The notes: generated by a model from the sequence alone, not told the origin. A stretch of DNA of 64,000 nt from a virus (IMGVR_UViG_2687453341_000008); one strand, 5' to 3'; shown: positions 40,065 through 52,157, counted from the stretch's first letter. Made by a program: numbers and translations.

Positions 40065-42332
40065 CTACTCTCGCTCACCACGCACGGTCGGATCCGTGCG
40101 CAGCTTTCCATCGCTTCCAAAGAGGACCTGCAACTGCGAGTCAATCCTCTGCGCGATCTCGAATGGATGGTTCGTTACACATTGGCCATCCGCTTTTTGG
40201 TTTTCGTAATCTTCCGATTCGAACTCGCGGATGTACGAAAGCAGCATTTCGATGTCATCTCGAAAGGATGCGGGATCGGCCGCCACTTGCTCTTCCGCGA
40301 ACACGCGAGTTGGGATAGTGAAATACACCCCGCGACGCGCCCCAGTCTCTCCTGCGTAGAAAATCCAGAATTCGGCAAGACGCCACCCGATGTGCTTAAG
40401 ATCCAAGGTCACTGGCGAGTCAAGCGAACCCGCGAAATCACCGCACCCCTCGTGCAGGTAGAAGCTCCCTGCCTTTGCAGGTTGAAACGTAGTGTCTCTG
40501 AAATTGATTCGAGATCGAACAAAGGCGATCCTTACATACTCATCACCCTTTTTGACCCATTCACCCAGCATCGGCGGCATTCCGTGAAAGCCCTCCCAGC
40601 ATTTCTGAATCAATTCGATAGTCTTCTGTGTATCGCTCTGGCTTGGAGAGCGAACACCATGAGCGACTTTAACGCTCTGGGTGATTTCCCGATGCAGACG
40701 GTCAATGTCTAAACGTTCAATGGTTGTCACTGGTTGGTTCCCTTGAAGTAGATGGATGCCGATCACACAAAGCATCCGAGGTGTTGTCCCCTCGGAATAC
40801 AGCCGCAGCACTCGCGGCTTTCGCAGTTCTTGCACTCCCAATCCTCATCGGGACCAGCCGTCATCAGCTCGTACTGGATCGGTTGCGAGGGAATCCGCGG
40901 CGTGTCCATCGTCACGGGATACCTGGCCTGAAGCCGCCACAGCACTCTCTCCGCTGTACCGCGATCGGTGAACAGATAGGGATTGCCATCCCTCCTAAAC
41001 GAGGGCAAGTCATTGCCCTCCCAAAGACAAGCCAGCGTGTCGGACATCAAACCGATCTGACGTTCAATGAAATACTTGATAGCCATGTCGAACTCCCTCT
41101 TGATTGAGACACCTAACTAGGCCGGGTTTCGACAGGATTTGAATCGAACTGGCGATCAGGACGCGACGGGCTCGAACCGCCTAGGGATCATCAGCAGGGT
41201 CATCAAAGCATCAAGCTCCCCAGCCGACTCAAATTCCGGCAACGCAATGCTGGTTCCGTCCTCGGCTTGTAACGAGAAGTTTCTCCCGACACACGCGATC
41301 CGAAGCCCCATAGGATTCGGCTTGGATTTCGCCGTCACAACTGTGTTGGCGTCGTCCGCGGCAAGGTCGACATCGAACTCTTCGAAGTTCATTTCCAGCC
41401 AGCTATCATCGAGATCCCGATACTCCATAGGAGCGATCGGCTTCAATCTCGCATGCTGTTCAAGTTCAGCGAGCATCGAAAGCGCGTCCATCTCGACATG
41501 GGCAAAGACTTCGCACGCAAACCCAGTCCATTCGACTTTGGTTTTTGCATATTCGATCACGCAGCTTTTGCGGCTCGGCTTCTTAACCGGCACGAGCACT
41601 CGATCTACGCCGTCTCGGACGCAATAGCGTTTGCCGCCGAACTCGCCACCAACAAAGAAATACGACCGCATCCTCAATCACCATACTTTCGAACTATTTG
41701 CTTGGCGACCGACCGCTGCTTTTCGGTCATCGTCACCTTGTTTTTGAAAAGAACCGACTCAATAAACTGAGCCTCCCATCGCGTCACGCACTGAGCGTGC
41801 TCATCGACATCTTTAAGAACCGCACGCAGCTCCTCGTCGGAGGCTTTTTCCAACCAATCGAGACTCATCCTTGCTAATCTCCCTGACCAAATCGAGATCG
41901 TTTTCGCTAAAAGAAAACTGGCCGTTGTCGCGATAGGTCCACTCGCCAACCGACCAATGAAACGGAGCGGTCTTTGTACCGGTCAGCATCTCGGCCGGTC
42001 CAACCGCTTTCCCGTCGCGCCGCACGTAGAACCTTCCTTCAACTAGCAGCATTTTGTGTTTCTTCCTTAGGCAGAGACAGCACGTCCGCGATGGGCTCCA
42101 CAGCCGCGATCACTTGCTTGAGCTTCTCAACGGCTTCGTCTATTCGATCTCGGTTCTTAGAGAGCTCTGCTTGCCTGATGAACAGAAGATGAACGTCCGC
42201 CTGGACCCCTACCGGGACAGGTCCTTTTTCGTACTTGTTTCCTGTCACTATCATGGCCCACTCTTCGCGGGACATCCGAACGATCAAGTCATCATTCCCA
42301 TACGTTTTTGGGACCTTCCCGATTACATTCAT
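40065..42332 (-). CDS. run of six small co-oriented hypothetical phage genes (40065-40841, 40763-41086, 41156-41677, 41674-41868, 41813-42052, 42039-42332)
   Basis: Tightly packed or overlapping ORFs with RBSs; no recognisable domains. Confidence 0.55.
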
Positions 42333-42499
42333 GCCGAACTCCTTATGTGAGGCTTGTCACACAAAAAGGCCGGAAACGCGATCGATTTGTTTCACGGGAA
42401 TCGGCCGCAGGAAAGAAATTTGCTGAGAATCAGCAAAGAACGCCATCGGACGACGGCAGCGACCGTTGACTAACGACCACCGCGAGGGCCATAAGTCCG

Positions 42500-42790
42500 C
42501 TATTTTGGAGCAGCCTCGCCCTCAGCCGTCTCGATCACTTCGATCTGTACTGGCATCAGCACGTCGCTTGCATCGACCAGCCGCACGCCGGAGCACTGAT
42601 CGATCTCGAAACGCCGCGGAGTCTCCCGGCATAAGCACAACGCGAGAATCGCATTCCCCTTGAGCCACTTGATCGGACTCACCACCCTCTCAGTGAGAGT
42701 CCCCTGCTTGTCCCGATACTTCATCCGAATTACGAAAGACTCCGGGGCCAACATCGCCTTGTTCACAGCGATCATTTCTTTTGGGACCAT
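42500..42790 (-). CDS. stand-alone WYL-domain protein
   Basis: IRMKYRDKQG..TERVVSP......LALCLCRE..RRF.ID. Confidence 0.7.
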   Translation of the reverse strand: MVPKEMIAVNKAMLAPESFVIRMKYRDKQGTLTERVVSPIKWLKGNAILALCLCRETPRRFEIDQCSGVRLVDASDVLMPVQIEVIETAEGEAAPK

Positions 42791-43007
42791 TGGACGGCTG
42801 CCCTTTCGATGTGAGATGCCACCCGTTACACCGATCGCAGTGGTAAGAACGAACCGGACATCGGTCCCGGGTCGAACTTTGCTGTAAACACTGGACTGCA
42901 CGAACCGCGCTCTTGTGGTCTTTGAACCGTCGCTTCTTGCACCAGTGCCGATCTCGCATGTTCATTCCCTCGCCACGGGTCGAGCCTCCAAAACGTTCCT
43001 TCTCCAT
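42690..43007 (-). CDS. small Zn-binding phage protein
   Basis: CKKRRF...RSYHCDRCNGWHLTS. Confidence 0.65.
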   Translation of the reverse strand: MEKERFGGSTRGEGMNMRDRHWCKKRRFKDHKSAVRAVQCLQQSSTRDRCPVRSYHCDRCNGWHLTSKGQPSNGPKRNDRCEQGDVGPGVFRNSDEVSGQAGDSH

Positions 43008-43265
43008 CTACCATCGCAATCGACGAATATCCGACAGTCACCCCCAGCGGTACAAGCCAGTCCAGATCAGCCACCTCGTACCGCACGAACCGCTCTCGCC
43101 TGAGGACATACACCAACCCGTCGCGGACGATCCATTGGTAGAGGTCTTTTTCTAGGACCTCTCGAGTCAGTTCCCTGATGGAGCCATTGGACCTGACGCC
43201 GATCACCTTCACGTTTATCCCGAGCATTGACATTCCTTTCGCTTCGCGATTTCCGTCAGCAGAAA

Positions 43266-44213
43266 CTACACACCAGCTACGACACGATCCCTCTTCACCT
43301 GAGCGTCCACCTTAGACATCCATGCGTGCATCGCCGCCGTATCCATCCCATCGAAGTGGATCCACGGCTTTCCCTGAGCAACACCCTGACGATATAGGCC
43401 GATGCGATCGAACACGTTTCCAGTCTCACACGACTTGGAAAGCATCGTGTAACATTCAAGCAGCATGTCCGAATAGAACCGTCCTCTGCAGATAGACTCG
43501 ACCTGCCCCCAGAAGGCTTGATCGAGCGGGTTGATCTTCCCTCGCTCGAGCACCTCCACAATCTCGGCAGCCATCTCCCTGGACAGCGATGCGTACGTCC
43601 CCATCACTTGATCCCACTCAAAGCATTCCACGCCCTGCAAAAGCGCCGTACACGTTCGCTCTTTTTCCTTCTCCCAGTCCGTTGGCTTGTAATCGTCAAC
43701 GCTCAGCGAGCAATAACACAGCCCGCGACGTCGGTCCAAGGATTCTCTTGGATCTCGGAGAAGATTCCATTTCGCGTAGTACATCCATTCGTAGTCGGAC
43801 TGGATGAACGCTTTCAGCGCGGCGTAAATAGCCAACGTCCCCACGTACCACCGCGTTGCCGGTCTTGGGGCTGCCACGTCGTAGATCATCTTCATCACGG
43901 GATTCTCGTCGCCAATCGTCACAACGTCCCCAGCGAACCACCTTCGATTCCAAGCTACTGTTTTCTTGGCGCTCTCCAGATCGTCGCTGCCAAGCCCTGC
44001 AGTACCGACATACAGCACTGCTTTCGCACCCGAGAGATCTCTTCCGCTGCTAAGCTCTGGAGCACCCCCCGTCCCATGAGCGCAAATTTGCGCTAACGGG
44101 ACCGACTCCAGGTCCTCAAGCCGCCGCTCGATCCTTTGATGGCTGAACCAATCCCAAATCAGATGGATCACCAAAGTGATCAGCAAGGTCAGCGTCGCAA
44201 GCTCAAACTGCAT
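43266..44213 (-). CDS. membrane-anchored hypothetical protein, possibly glycosyltransferase-like
   Basis: N-terminal TM helix from ATG 44213; C-terminal WIHFDG. Confidence 0.45.
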   Translation of the reverse strand: MQFELATLTLLITLVIHLIWDWFSHQRIERRLEDLESVPLAQICAHGTGGAPELSSGRDLSGAKAVLYVGTAGLGSDDLESAKKTVAWNRRWFAGDVVTIGDENPVMKMIYDVAAPRPATRWYVGTLAIYAALKAFIQSDYEWMYYAKWNLLRDPRESLDRRRGLCYCSLSVDDYKPTDWEKEKERTCTALLQGVECFEWDQVMGTYASLSREMAAEIVEVLERGKINPLDQAFWGQVESICRGRFYSDMLLECYTMLSKSCETGNVFDRIGLYRQGVAQGKPWIHFDGMDTAAMHAWMSKVDAQVKRDRVVAGV

Positions 44214-47200
44214 TTGTTGCCATCTCTTGACACGTCGCGAGAAACGGGACCGGGCGATACAGCCCTTCGAGCTGCTCAAGTAGTTCGCTATCGAGTTTGT
44301 TTCGGAAGCCTGGCACAAAGGCCGACGCGAGAATGAGCATTTCGCTGCAACGGATCGCGTACCCGAGTACTGTTTCGTCCCCGTCGTCATGGCAGACACC
44401 GAGTCCCCACATCTGCCCTGGCTTATGCCGGTAGATGAAGAACCGCTTGTCGCATTTCAGTTCGAACACATCGGTGAATGGCCCGAGACGATTCGCAAAT
44501 CGCTTGAGCCAGTCCACGAACACGTATTCGTCAAGATCGGCCGACCCAGGATTGGGATCGACATCGGCAGGATCGTAATGTCGACGCATAATGAAATCTC
44601 CTCGCGGATGGATTGGTTTGAATAGGACTCCCAACTAGGCCGAACACTCGACAGTTTTGTCGAGCGATTGTTTCAGCCACTCGAGGTTCGCATCGATCCC
44701 TTCGACGTAGGCATCCCACGCGGCGATCACTTCTGGAGAATCGGCTTCGAAACACTTCTTCTCAGCGCCGATCGTGTAGTGGTAAGCCTCACGGCGAACA
44801 TAGCCGGAGAAAGGAGTCTCGAGCAACCAACGCGATTCGCCATTCGCCGCTTGGAAGTAAACCCCGCGACTGGTCACTGCGAGCCACTCGACATCGCGTT
44901 CCACCGCACCACCGGTGACCACGAAACATCCGCCCTCTTTGTGGTACACCGACTTCTTGGGAGCGCACCACACCCCGTTCTTGTTGGTTGTCGTCTTGCA
45001 GGTTCGCCACCCGTGCTTGGCATGGCGTTCGACCGCCAGTTCACACCGCCCCCGATTGCGTCCGCCGATGGGATAATTCTCGATCGTAGCCACGGGATGA
45101 ACGTCAAGCGTCTTGATCACTTCCATCGCAGAAGCGATTGCCGTTTTGATTTCATCGATCGTGAGCTTGCAGGTTGTGTTCGTCATGGAATCACCTTCGT
45201 TTGAGTGTTGAATTGGATCTATCAAGAAAGGCCGGAAACTCGGCCAATTCATCGCAGCAAAGGCGATTCGTTTTTGGTTTTTGTTTTCAAGTCCCAGTGC
45301 ACCCCGCGGATGCCAAAGCCCGACACGGTCTCGCCGTTGGCAACTTCTGACACCCCATTCACGTGGATGCAGTCATTGCAAAGCCCGTAGCCAGCATCCC
45401 GGTTCCACCACTGGCGACCCAGCGTGCTGCCACCGCAGCAACAACACCTAAGGTTTCGTATCGGCCGCCGCACTTCGCTGTTCCGCTTATCCATTGGCCA
45501 GCTCATTGCGATATTCCCCGTGTTGGTAGTGCTCCAGGTAAGCCTCGACTTTTTCCCAGACATCGTCCGGAACGACGAATGTCCCGTCATCGATGAACAC
45601 AGCCCCAAAAGACGCATCTCGGTCCAAGTACTTGTTGAGAAGCAAAGCCGGCAGCCGGTTGTCGCAAGCCTGTATCCACTCCGACACCAACCGCTCGAAC
45701 TCTTCGAGGCAAGCACGGGTGCTAAAGAACGTACTCGTCGCAACTTCTTCATCAGACGTAATACGCCAGCCCCAGTAGCTCAAAGGCTTGTTGCCATCCC
45801 AGAATATCCGCTCTTCGACGAGATAAATGTTTGGAACTCGATTGACGCCCATGTTAGTGCGCTGCCTCCCAGGCTCTCTTGCTCCCGTAACAGATCTGAC
45901 CGCCTTCGACGATGTAAACCATGTTTTCGACTTCATCATCCGATTCATCGTCCTCATAGTCTTCATCGTCCTCATCGCATGCTTCGTTCATTTCCTCAGC
46001 GGAGACGAGCCCCACGATGCGATTTTCGAACGGCCACTTCTCTTGGGTCATGAGACGCACTTCGACTTCTCCGCCCATTGCGTCTCGATACTCGGTAAGC
46101 CTCTCTATCAACTGATCGACTGTCATGATTGCCTCTTTGGGAAGTGGATTCTTTGAACGTCTGCCGTCTTACAAAGAAATGAGCCCGACACACGCGATGT
46201 TTGAACGAGTGGCATGCGGTTTTTTCAAACCCTTTTTGCACTTCCCCTCAGCTTGCGTGAAACAGCTCCCGTGCCAGATCTGTTGCGCCTTCTTCCTCTG
46301 GAGCTTCTTCGTTGAGAAGCTCCAGCACATCGCGCAGCAACCGAAAGCAACCTTGTGCGTTGCAGTTCTTGCGGACTCCAGCGCGATGGACCGTGATCCA
46401 CTCGACATTCGTCGCCGCCCCCGCCGTCCTCGGGTGCACTTGGATACCAATGTGCCTTGCAAGATTGACCAACTCGCGACCCGAGATGTTCTGACCGCTC
46501 TTGGTCCGCGTGGCGATCTCGTCCATCAGCCCCGCATAGTAGGCTTCTTGCTGCTCTCGATCCCGCTTAGCTTCCGCCTCACGTTCGGCCCGCTCTTTTT
46601 CCTGTTGCTGACTGACCCATTCAGGACCGATGTACGCTATGAGAAACTCCCTGGTCGCTTTGACGCCTGGGGGCAACTGGAGCCCTGTCAGCTTCTGAAA
46701 CATCTCGCGAGAGCATCGATTGTCCGGCCGGAATGTTCCGTTCCACATGCGAAGGTAAAGCGACTCTTTGTCAGCGATTTCCTCGATCAACTGGAGCCCT
46801 AGCTTTCGCAGACGTTCGTGATTCCCGATTTCCTCCTCTTGCGTCACGGGACCAGCAGGTCGCGTCTTTCGAATTTGCAACATGATCCCATCAACGTACT
46901 CCTCGACTAGCTTTTGCTTGTCGACCATTCTTCACCGCCCTTTCAAGGCATTACGCCATATTGATGAACTTCAACCCAAGCCTCTTACAGGCTTCTCGCA
47001 CCATCTCGTTGATCTTGAGGTAGTGCTCGCTTTTCTTGCCGACGAACACGTCTCCGATCGGAACCGGATCGTTATCCCCGCTCCAATCGACTTGGCCGAT
47101 GGCACAGAAGCCTTGCTTCTTGCAAGCTGGCCACGCATGCAACGCCACCGGAAGTTCGCTTCGCAATCGGAACCAGTGACGATTGAGCTTCGCTTCGATC

Positions 47201-48855
47201 ATGTCGACATCAACGTGCATCGCACTCATCCTCCCAGACGATCTTGCCACTCTTGTAGAAGCCGATCCTAGCGCCCACTTCTCGCCATCCGTCGACATAT
47301 TTCTTGATGGACACGAAGTCCAATGCACCTGGCTTCGACCGCGATTGGGATTTGTGAAGCGTCAACAGTGCACCGTACTCGTTCCCACCTTCGGAGAGCG
47401 CTCCCGCCATCACCGATGACACCTCGGGCAGATCCTCGGTCTCTTCGTCTTCGAGATCCACTTGAACGATCGGACCGTTAAATACGTGCCTGAACCCGGC
47501 TTTCGTCTTTACGGCTGGACGCTTATCAATTACCGGAGTTCCGTCCGGATACTCTTTGCCATCCTCTGGCTCGGCAGCGTGCGGTCGTTCCGGCGAACCG
47601 TACCCGGTGGATCGGCACCCGCCGCCCCACTCGACGCTATCGCCACCTGCTCCGAAACAAACCAGCTTGGCGACATACTTCATTTGACTTGCCACGACTC
47701 GAACCTCATTGAATCTTGTGAATGGAACGTGCTCTCGGCTTAGGATCCGATCACTACAACTTGTAAGGCCGGAACATCGGGTGCTTTGGTGCAATACACA
47801 ACCGAACCATCGCGACGATGCGGCGGGTACACGGTCGAAAAGACCATCTCCCATCCACGCTTGCAGGCATCCTCCACCGACTTGGCCTCCACCGTGCACC
47901 TAGAAAAAAAGCCGCTTGGCATGGCGAATTGAACATCGAACTTCATCGCAAAACTCCGGTTAGATATAGAGCCACCCAACTGCATCAACATCTGGCTCGC
48001 CATCGCCCACGAATGTGACAATGACGCGAACCGACTTCCCACCGAGCTTGTACTGAACCTTCCGGCCAACAACTTTCACACGGCAGGCAACCGATCGGAA
48101 CACAGCGGAGTCGCACTCCAGCCGCAAAGGAGAGAAACCATCACCTGGCAACAGTCGCCTCGAGCAACGATTGCAATCCAGCCGAACGAACATGCCGGCT
48201 TTGACTTCGAACTCGCAACCGTCAACGAAGTGCACTGAACTGTTTTCTTGGACTACGCTCATTTTGTTTCTCCGATGTGTTGTGTTTGCTACACAAGAAA
48301 AGGCCGGAACGAGCGTCAAGTCGTGCGTCTTTTTGTGACTTTTTAACTGGCTTTGATCATGCGAGCACTGTTGTCCTCGCAGACACCGCTCCCGACGACG
48401 AAGAACAAGTAGTCGGCCCCACGCTTGATACGCAGTTGCAGCGAGTCATGAAACAGTCCAGCTCGATCGCAGTACTGGTTGTTGTTTGCCCCGACCCAGC
48501 ACATTTGCAACTCATCACCGCACTTCAAGATCTGAATCACCGAGCGCCACACCTCATCGAACTTAGCACTCGTGATCGAAGAGACACATCGCACGTTGCC
48601 AGGCTTGTACCGCCCACCCGAGTAACCACCGAAGTACCGGCACGATCCGTAAAGCTCGATCTCGATCGTCGCCTCGCTACCATCGTTGTCCCAGGGGCCA
48701 TCGCCCCTGCGCTTCTTGCCAAGCGTCATGCGCCCCTTGCTGACGCTCCCGTCGGTACTTCCGGTCCAGTGAAAGCAAATGCTATCGGCCTGCTTGAACA
48801 GGCTGATCAACTTACGATCAACGACGCACTGAACTTTGGTTTGATCAACGATCAT
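44203..48855 (-). CDS. run of about 11 small hypothetical phage early-type genes (e.g. 44203-44589, 44635-45186, 45487-45852, 45854-46126, 46248-46928, 47210-47683, 47740-47946, 47960-48262, 48343-48855)
   Basis: Co-oriented packed ORFs; one has CCCCG..GRQWWNRD.GYGLC; several are preceded by the repeated motif. Confidence 0.55.
45223..45239 (-). promoter_or_regulatory. representative copy of the repeated phage upstream motif GTTTCCGGCCTTTCTTG
   Basis: Related copies at 6990, 24938, 26641, 30092, 39478, 41113, 42362, 44631, 48294 and 48895, all in the same orientation and mostly 27-46 nt upstream of a start codon. Confidence 0.7.
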
Positions 48856-49145
48856 GGCTGGAACTTTGGTGTGTGGAGGCAATACCGACTACACCAAGAA
48901 AGGCCTGGAAAATCAAAAAATTTGCAGCGTTTTTGCAATTCGCCGCTCTAAGGAAATCGATGAATTGCGAACGTAGCCATTGTTCAGCCAGCTTGGAGAA
49001 CGTGGTTGTGTACTGCCAATCTGGTGAAAGGTTGTCCAGCCTCCTAAAAGACGTTGCTAAAATGTGGTCGTCGGCCCGAGAAACGCAGAGGCGAACGACT
49101 TCGCTTTCGATACCCCTACCGTCCAAACCAAAGGCACAGATCAAC

Positions 49146-51206
49146 ATGCCCTTTCAGAGTTTCGATTACGCAAACTACATCAAGCAGAACCCACTTTCAG
49201 CAAATTCCCGGTTCTTACCGCTTTTTGAGGCAATCGAGAACGCGTTCAATGCCATCGAAGAAAGGTATCGACTGACGGGCAAAGAGTCTGGTGGTCTTGT
49301 AACCATCACAATAGTTCGAGAGGCGGTTCAGCCTGTACTCAAGCTTGAAGAAACAAAAATCTCGCCGCCCCCGATAATAGGTTTCCAGATAAAAGACAAC
49401 GGAATTGGCTTCCGGGAAGCAAACTGGCGAGCATTCAAAGAAGTCTACACGACACACAAGCTCTCTTTTGGCGGCAAGGGCGTCGGCAGACTCACGTATC
49501 TTCTAGCATTTCAAGAAGCGAGCGTTGAAAGTTACTTCGCCGAAGGAGACAAAAAGTACGCTAGGTCATTCAGTATCGAACCTACGCGCAGTGGGCCGAC
49601 GGAGAGTTTGCTGAAAGAAGTGGAGTCAACAGACGAATTTACTATTGTGAGTCTGAACCAGATGAGGCCAATGCTACGCGAGAAGTGCCCAAAAAACATT
49701 TCTGCCGTTGCAAATCAGATCGCTCTTCATTTCTTCAAACGTCTTTCCATTTCAGGAGGCATTAGATGCGAACTGCACGACGCATTCGATGGTCAAATTA
49801 TTGACCTTCACACGTTTTTCCGAGAAGAAATGCTGCTTTCAGACAAAAGAAGCCGTTTCACACTTCGCAACGAAGAATTCGTTGTCACTCAAACTAAATG
49901 CAAGACAAAGGCGGCGAACCGCCATCAAATAATGTTGTGTGCAAACGGAAGAGTAGTTTCCACGCACGCCGTACCTGCCGGCTTCATCCAGTCAAAAGCA
50001 AAGCTTGATGATGGCAATGATCAGTTCTTCTACGTGGCACTTGTGGAGTCTCAGTTGCTCGACAGCAATTGTAGCAACGACAGAACGCGTTTCCTTCTTG
50101 ATGAGGAGGACGACGACGTCAATTCACCGAGCCTTCTTGAGTCATCGACACCTTCAATCAGCTCCATTCTCACCGAAGTGGGAAAGCTCTGCAAAAAATT
50201 CCTACGCAAGGAGGTTGCGCCGCTAGAGGTAATTCACCAACGTCGAATCGAGGAGCTCTGCCGAAGCAATATGAATTTCAAACCACTCTTGAAGCAGAAA
50301 CAAAAAGAACTATTCGAGCTTCCATACGATTTGTCTGATTCCGAATTAGAGAAGTCTGTTTGGAGAATCTATTCACAATGGAAATACGAGATCCGAACGC
50401 GATTTTCTTCGATGACTAAGTCTGTTCGCGACAACAACAACAAATGGATGGAGTACCGCGATAGGTATCGGTCGACACTCCATGAACTTAGCCAAATGGC
50501 GATGCACGATCTAGCCGTGTATGTAACTGATCGTCGGGCTGTTCTTGACTTTCTTTGGGATCGTCTGAAGGCAACCGAAGACGGAAAATTTCGTGATGAA
50601 GCAGCGATACATGACATCTTCTTTCCGAGAAACACTGATTCGAATGACATCGCATGGGACGAGTCGAATCTATGGATAATTGACGAGAGATTGCTTTTTC
50701 AACAATACACTGCATCTGACTTGAACTGGAAAAAGGTCGGACTCGATGGAGTCGACTCGAACGACCGACCAGACGTATGTAGTAGTTACGATCGAGTCTT
50801 TGATGATACATTTGCCTTCACTGAAGGGTCGCAGCCCTATTCCTCCGCAACACTCGTTGAATTCAAGAGACCAGAACGAGAGTCTTACACCGAGCTCGAA
50901 AACCCCTACGCGCAGGTTGTGAGGTATATCAATCAAATCCGAAAGGCAGGATCCATTACGAAAGACGGTCACACGTTTCGAATGGACAAGAGCCAGCCAA
51001 TTCACGCTTACGTCGTCTGTCATCTTGTCGAGAAACTTCTAGAACACTTAAACGCAGTCGACTTTACTGAGTCGGCCGATGGACAAGGGTTTGTAGTTCA
51101 CCTACCAAAGCTAAATGCAATTATCTACTTTGCCACATTTGAAAAGTTGATCGCTGACGCAAGGAAGCGAAATCGCGCCTTCTTCGATAAGTTGGGACTG
51201 GAGTAA
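49146..51206 (+). CDS. GHKL (HSP90/MORC-like) ATPase fused to a PD-(D/E)XK nuclease; defence candidate
   Basis: EAIENA, IKDNGIGF, GGKGVGR; C-terminal RPD...VEFKRP...NPYAQVVRY; the only large plus-strand gene in the phage arm. Confidence 0.8.
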   Translation: MPFQSFDYANYIKQNPLSANSRFLPLFEAIENAFNAIEERYRLTGKESGGLVTITIVREAVQPVLKLEETKISPPPIIGFQIKDNGIGFREANWRAFKEVYTTHKLSFGGKGVGRLTYLLAFQEASVESYFAEGDKKYARSFSIEPTRSGPTESLLKEVESTDEFTIVSLNQMRPMLREKCPKNISAVANQIALHFFKRLSISGGIRCELHDAFDGQIIDLHTFFREEMLLSDKRSRFTLRNEEFVVTQTKCKTKAANRHQIMLCANGRVVSTHAVPAGFIQSKAKLDDGNDQFFYVALVESQLLDSNCSNDRTRFLLDEEDDDVNSPSLLESSTPSISSILTEVGKLCKKFLRKEVAPLEVIHQRRIEELCRSNMNFKPLLKQKQKELFELPYDLSDSELEKSVWRIYSQWKYEIRTRFSSMTKSVRDNNNKWMEYRDRYRSTLHELSQMAMHDLAVYVTDRRAVLDFLWDRLKATEDGKFRDEAAIHDIFFPRNTDSNDIAWDESNLWIIDERLLFQQYTASDLNWKKVGLDGVDSNDRPDVCSSYDRVFDDTFAFTEGSQPYSSATLVEFKRPERESYTELENPYAQVVRYINQIRKAGSITKDGHTFRMDKSQPIHAYVVCHLVEKLLEHLNAVDFTESADGQGFVVHLPKLNAIIYFATFEKLIADARKRNRAFFDKLGLE

Positions 51207-51395
51207 GCCACCGTCGGCGTATGGCAGAGGTATTTGGCGATGTAGCAAATTTGCGGTACCGCAATGCCAAAGGTAACCACACCCGCTTGTCCCGACCGAG
51301 CCCCACTTCAACCGATAGTTGACCAGCAACCCGCCGAGTTCGTCCTTGTGCACTACTGGCGTGTAATCGTTAGTTCCATCATCAATCTGCAACCG

Positions 51396-52157
51396 CTAGA
51401 CGGTTACTGATTCACCTTGGATGAAGGCGAGCATCTCAGTTCCCTCAGCATAGCTCAAGCGAGCGAGCGACTTTTCGAATCGAGCGATTGCCTTTTCACG
51501 GGTCACGAAGCACTCGATGGCCATCATCGCGTCGTAGTGTTTCTTCCAAGACTTAAGGCGAGCTCTGTTGGCGCTGCCGGTGGACTTGACGGCACGTCGA
51601 ACAGGCTTGCTTTCGCCTTCGAGAAGTTCTTTGAGCTGGCGTCGTGCGTAGTACGCGAACGCTGCGTCCTTCCCAACCTTCTCACCGGCTTCGCGAGGCG
51701 AAAGTCCTTGAGCAAGGTACTCGATCACTTGGAACTCATCGTCCCCAAGTTGGGCTGCGACAGCCATCACACCGGAGAGGTTCTCGCGACCAATCATGAT
51801 TTCCACTGCAGTCCGATCATCGCAACCAACATCAAAACCTTCCCCGATCGCCGAGGTTCGGTCGGCCGAACGACGGAGCGACTTCACGTACTCGACTTGC
51901 TTGTAAACGTTGTTGCGGCAAACGCAGAACAACCAGGCCTTGAAGCCGTTCCACTCATCGAAGTCGGTCGTCGCCACGCCAGTCGCGACTTGCATCAGCA
52001 CTTCCTGCAGGACGTCTTCGGCATCGATCCGAGCGGAGTACTTGGTACCGAGAAAATGACTGATGATCGTCTTGCATTCGGAACTGATGCTGACGAGCAG
52101 GCTGCTGATAGCGAATTGGGAACCATTCTTTGCGGACACGAGCAATTCCATCGACAT
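51396..52157 (-). CDS. second phage ECF-type sigma factor with C-terminal extension
   Basis: DAEDVLQEV...FKAWLF..CRN; region 4 LAQGLSPREAGEKVG; GGAG RBS. Confidence 0.82.
   Translation of the reverse strand: MSMELLVSAKNGSQFAISSLLVSISSECKTIISHFLGTKYSARIDAEDVLQEVLMQVATGVATTDFDEWNGFKAWLFCVCRNNVYKQVEYVKSLRRSADRTSAIGEGFDVGCDDRTAVEIMIGRENLSGVMAVAAQLGDDEFQVIEYLAQGLSPREAGEKVGKDAAFAYYARRQLKELLEGESKPVRRAVKSTGSANRARLKSWKKHYDAMMAIECFVTREKAIARFEKSLARLSYAEGTEMLAFIQGESVTV

Noticed and set aside
45930..45980. TCATCGTCC-like short repeats
   Set aside because: They encode an Asp/Glu-rich tract of ORF 45854-46126.
6990..48911. Repeated AGGCCGG motif and IS21 repeats as a CRISPR array
   Set aside because: The copies are dispersed, there is no regular repeat-spacer period, and no cas genes are present.
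48873..49145. N-terminal 91 aa of the 777-aa ORF call
   Set aside because: It overlaps the divergent promoter region. The GHKL domain begins just after ATG 49146.
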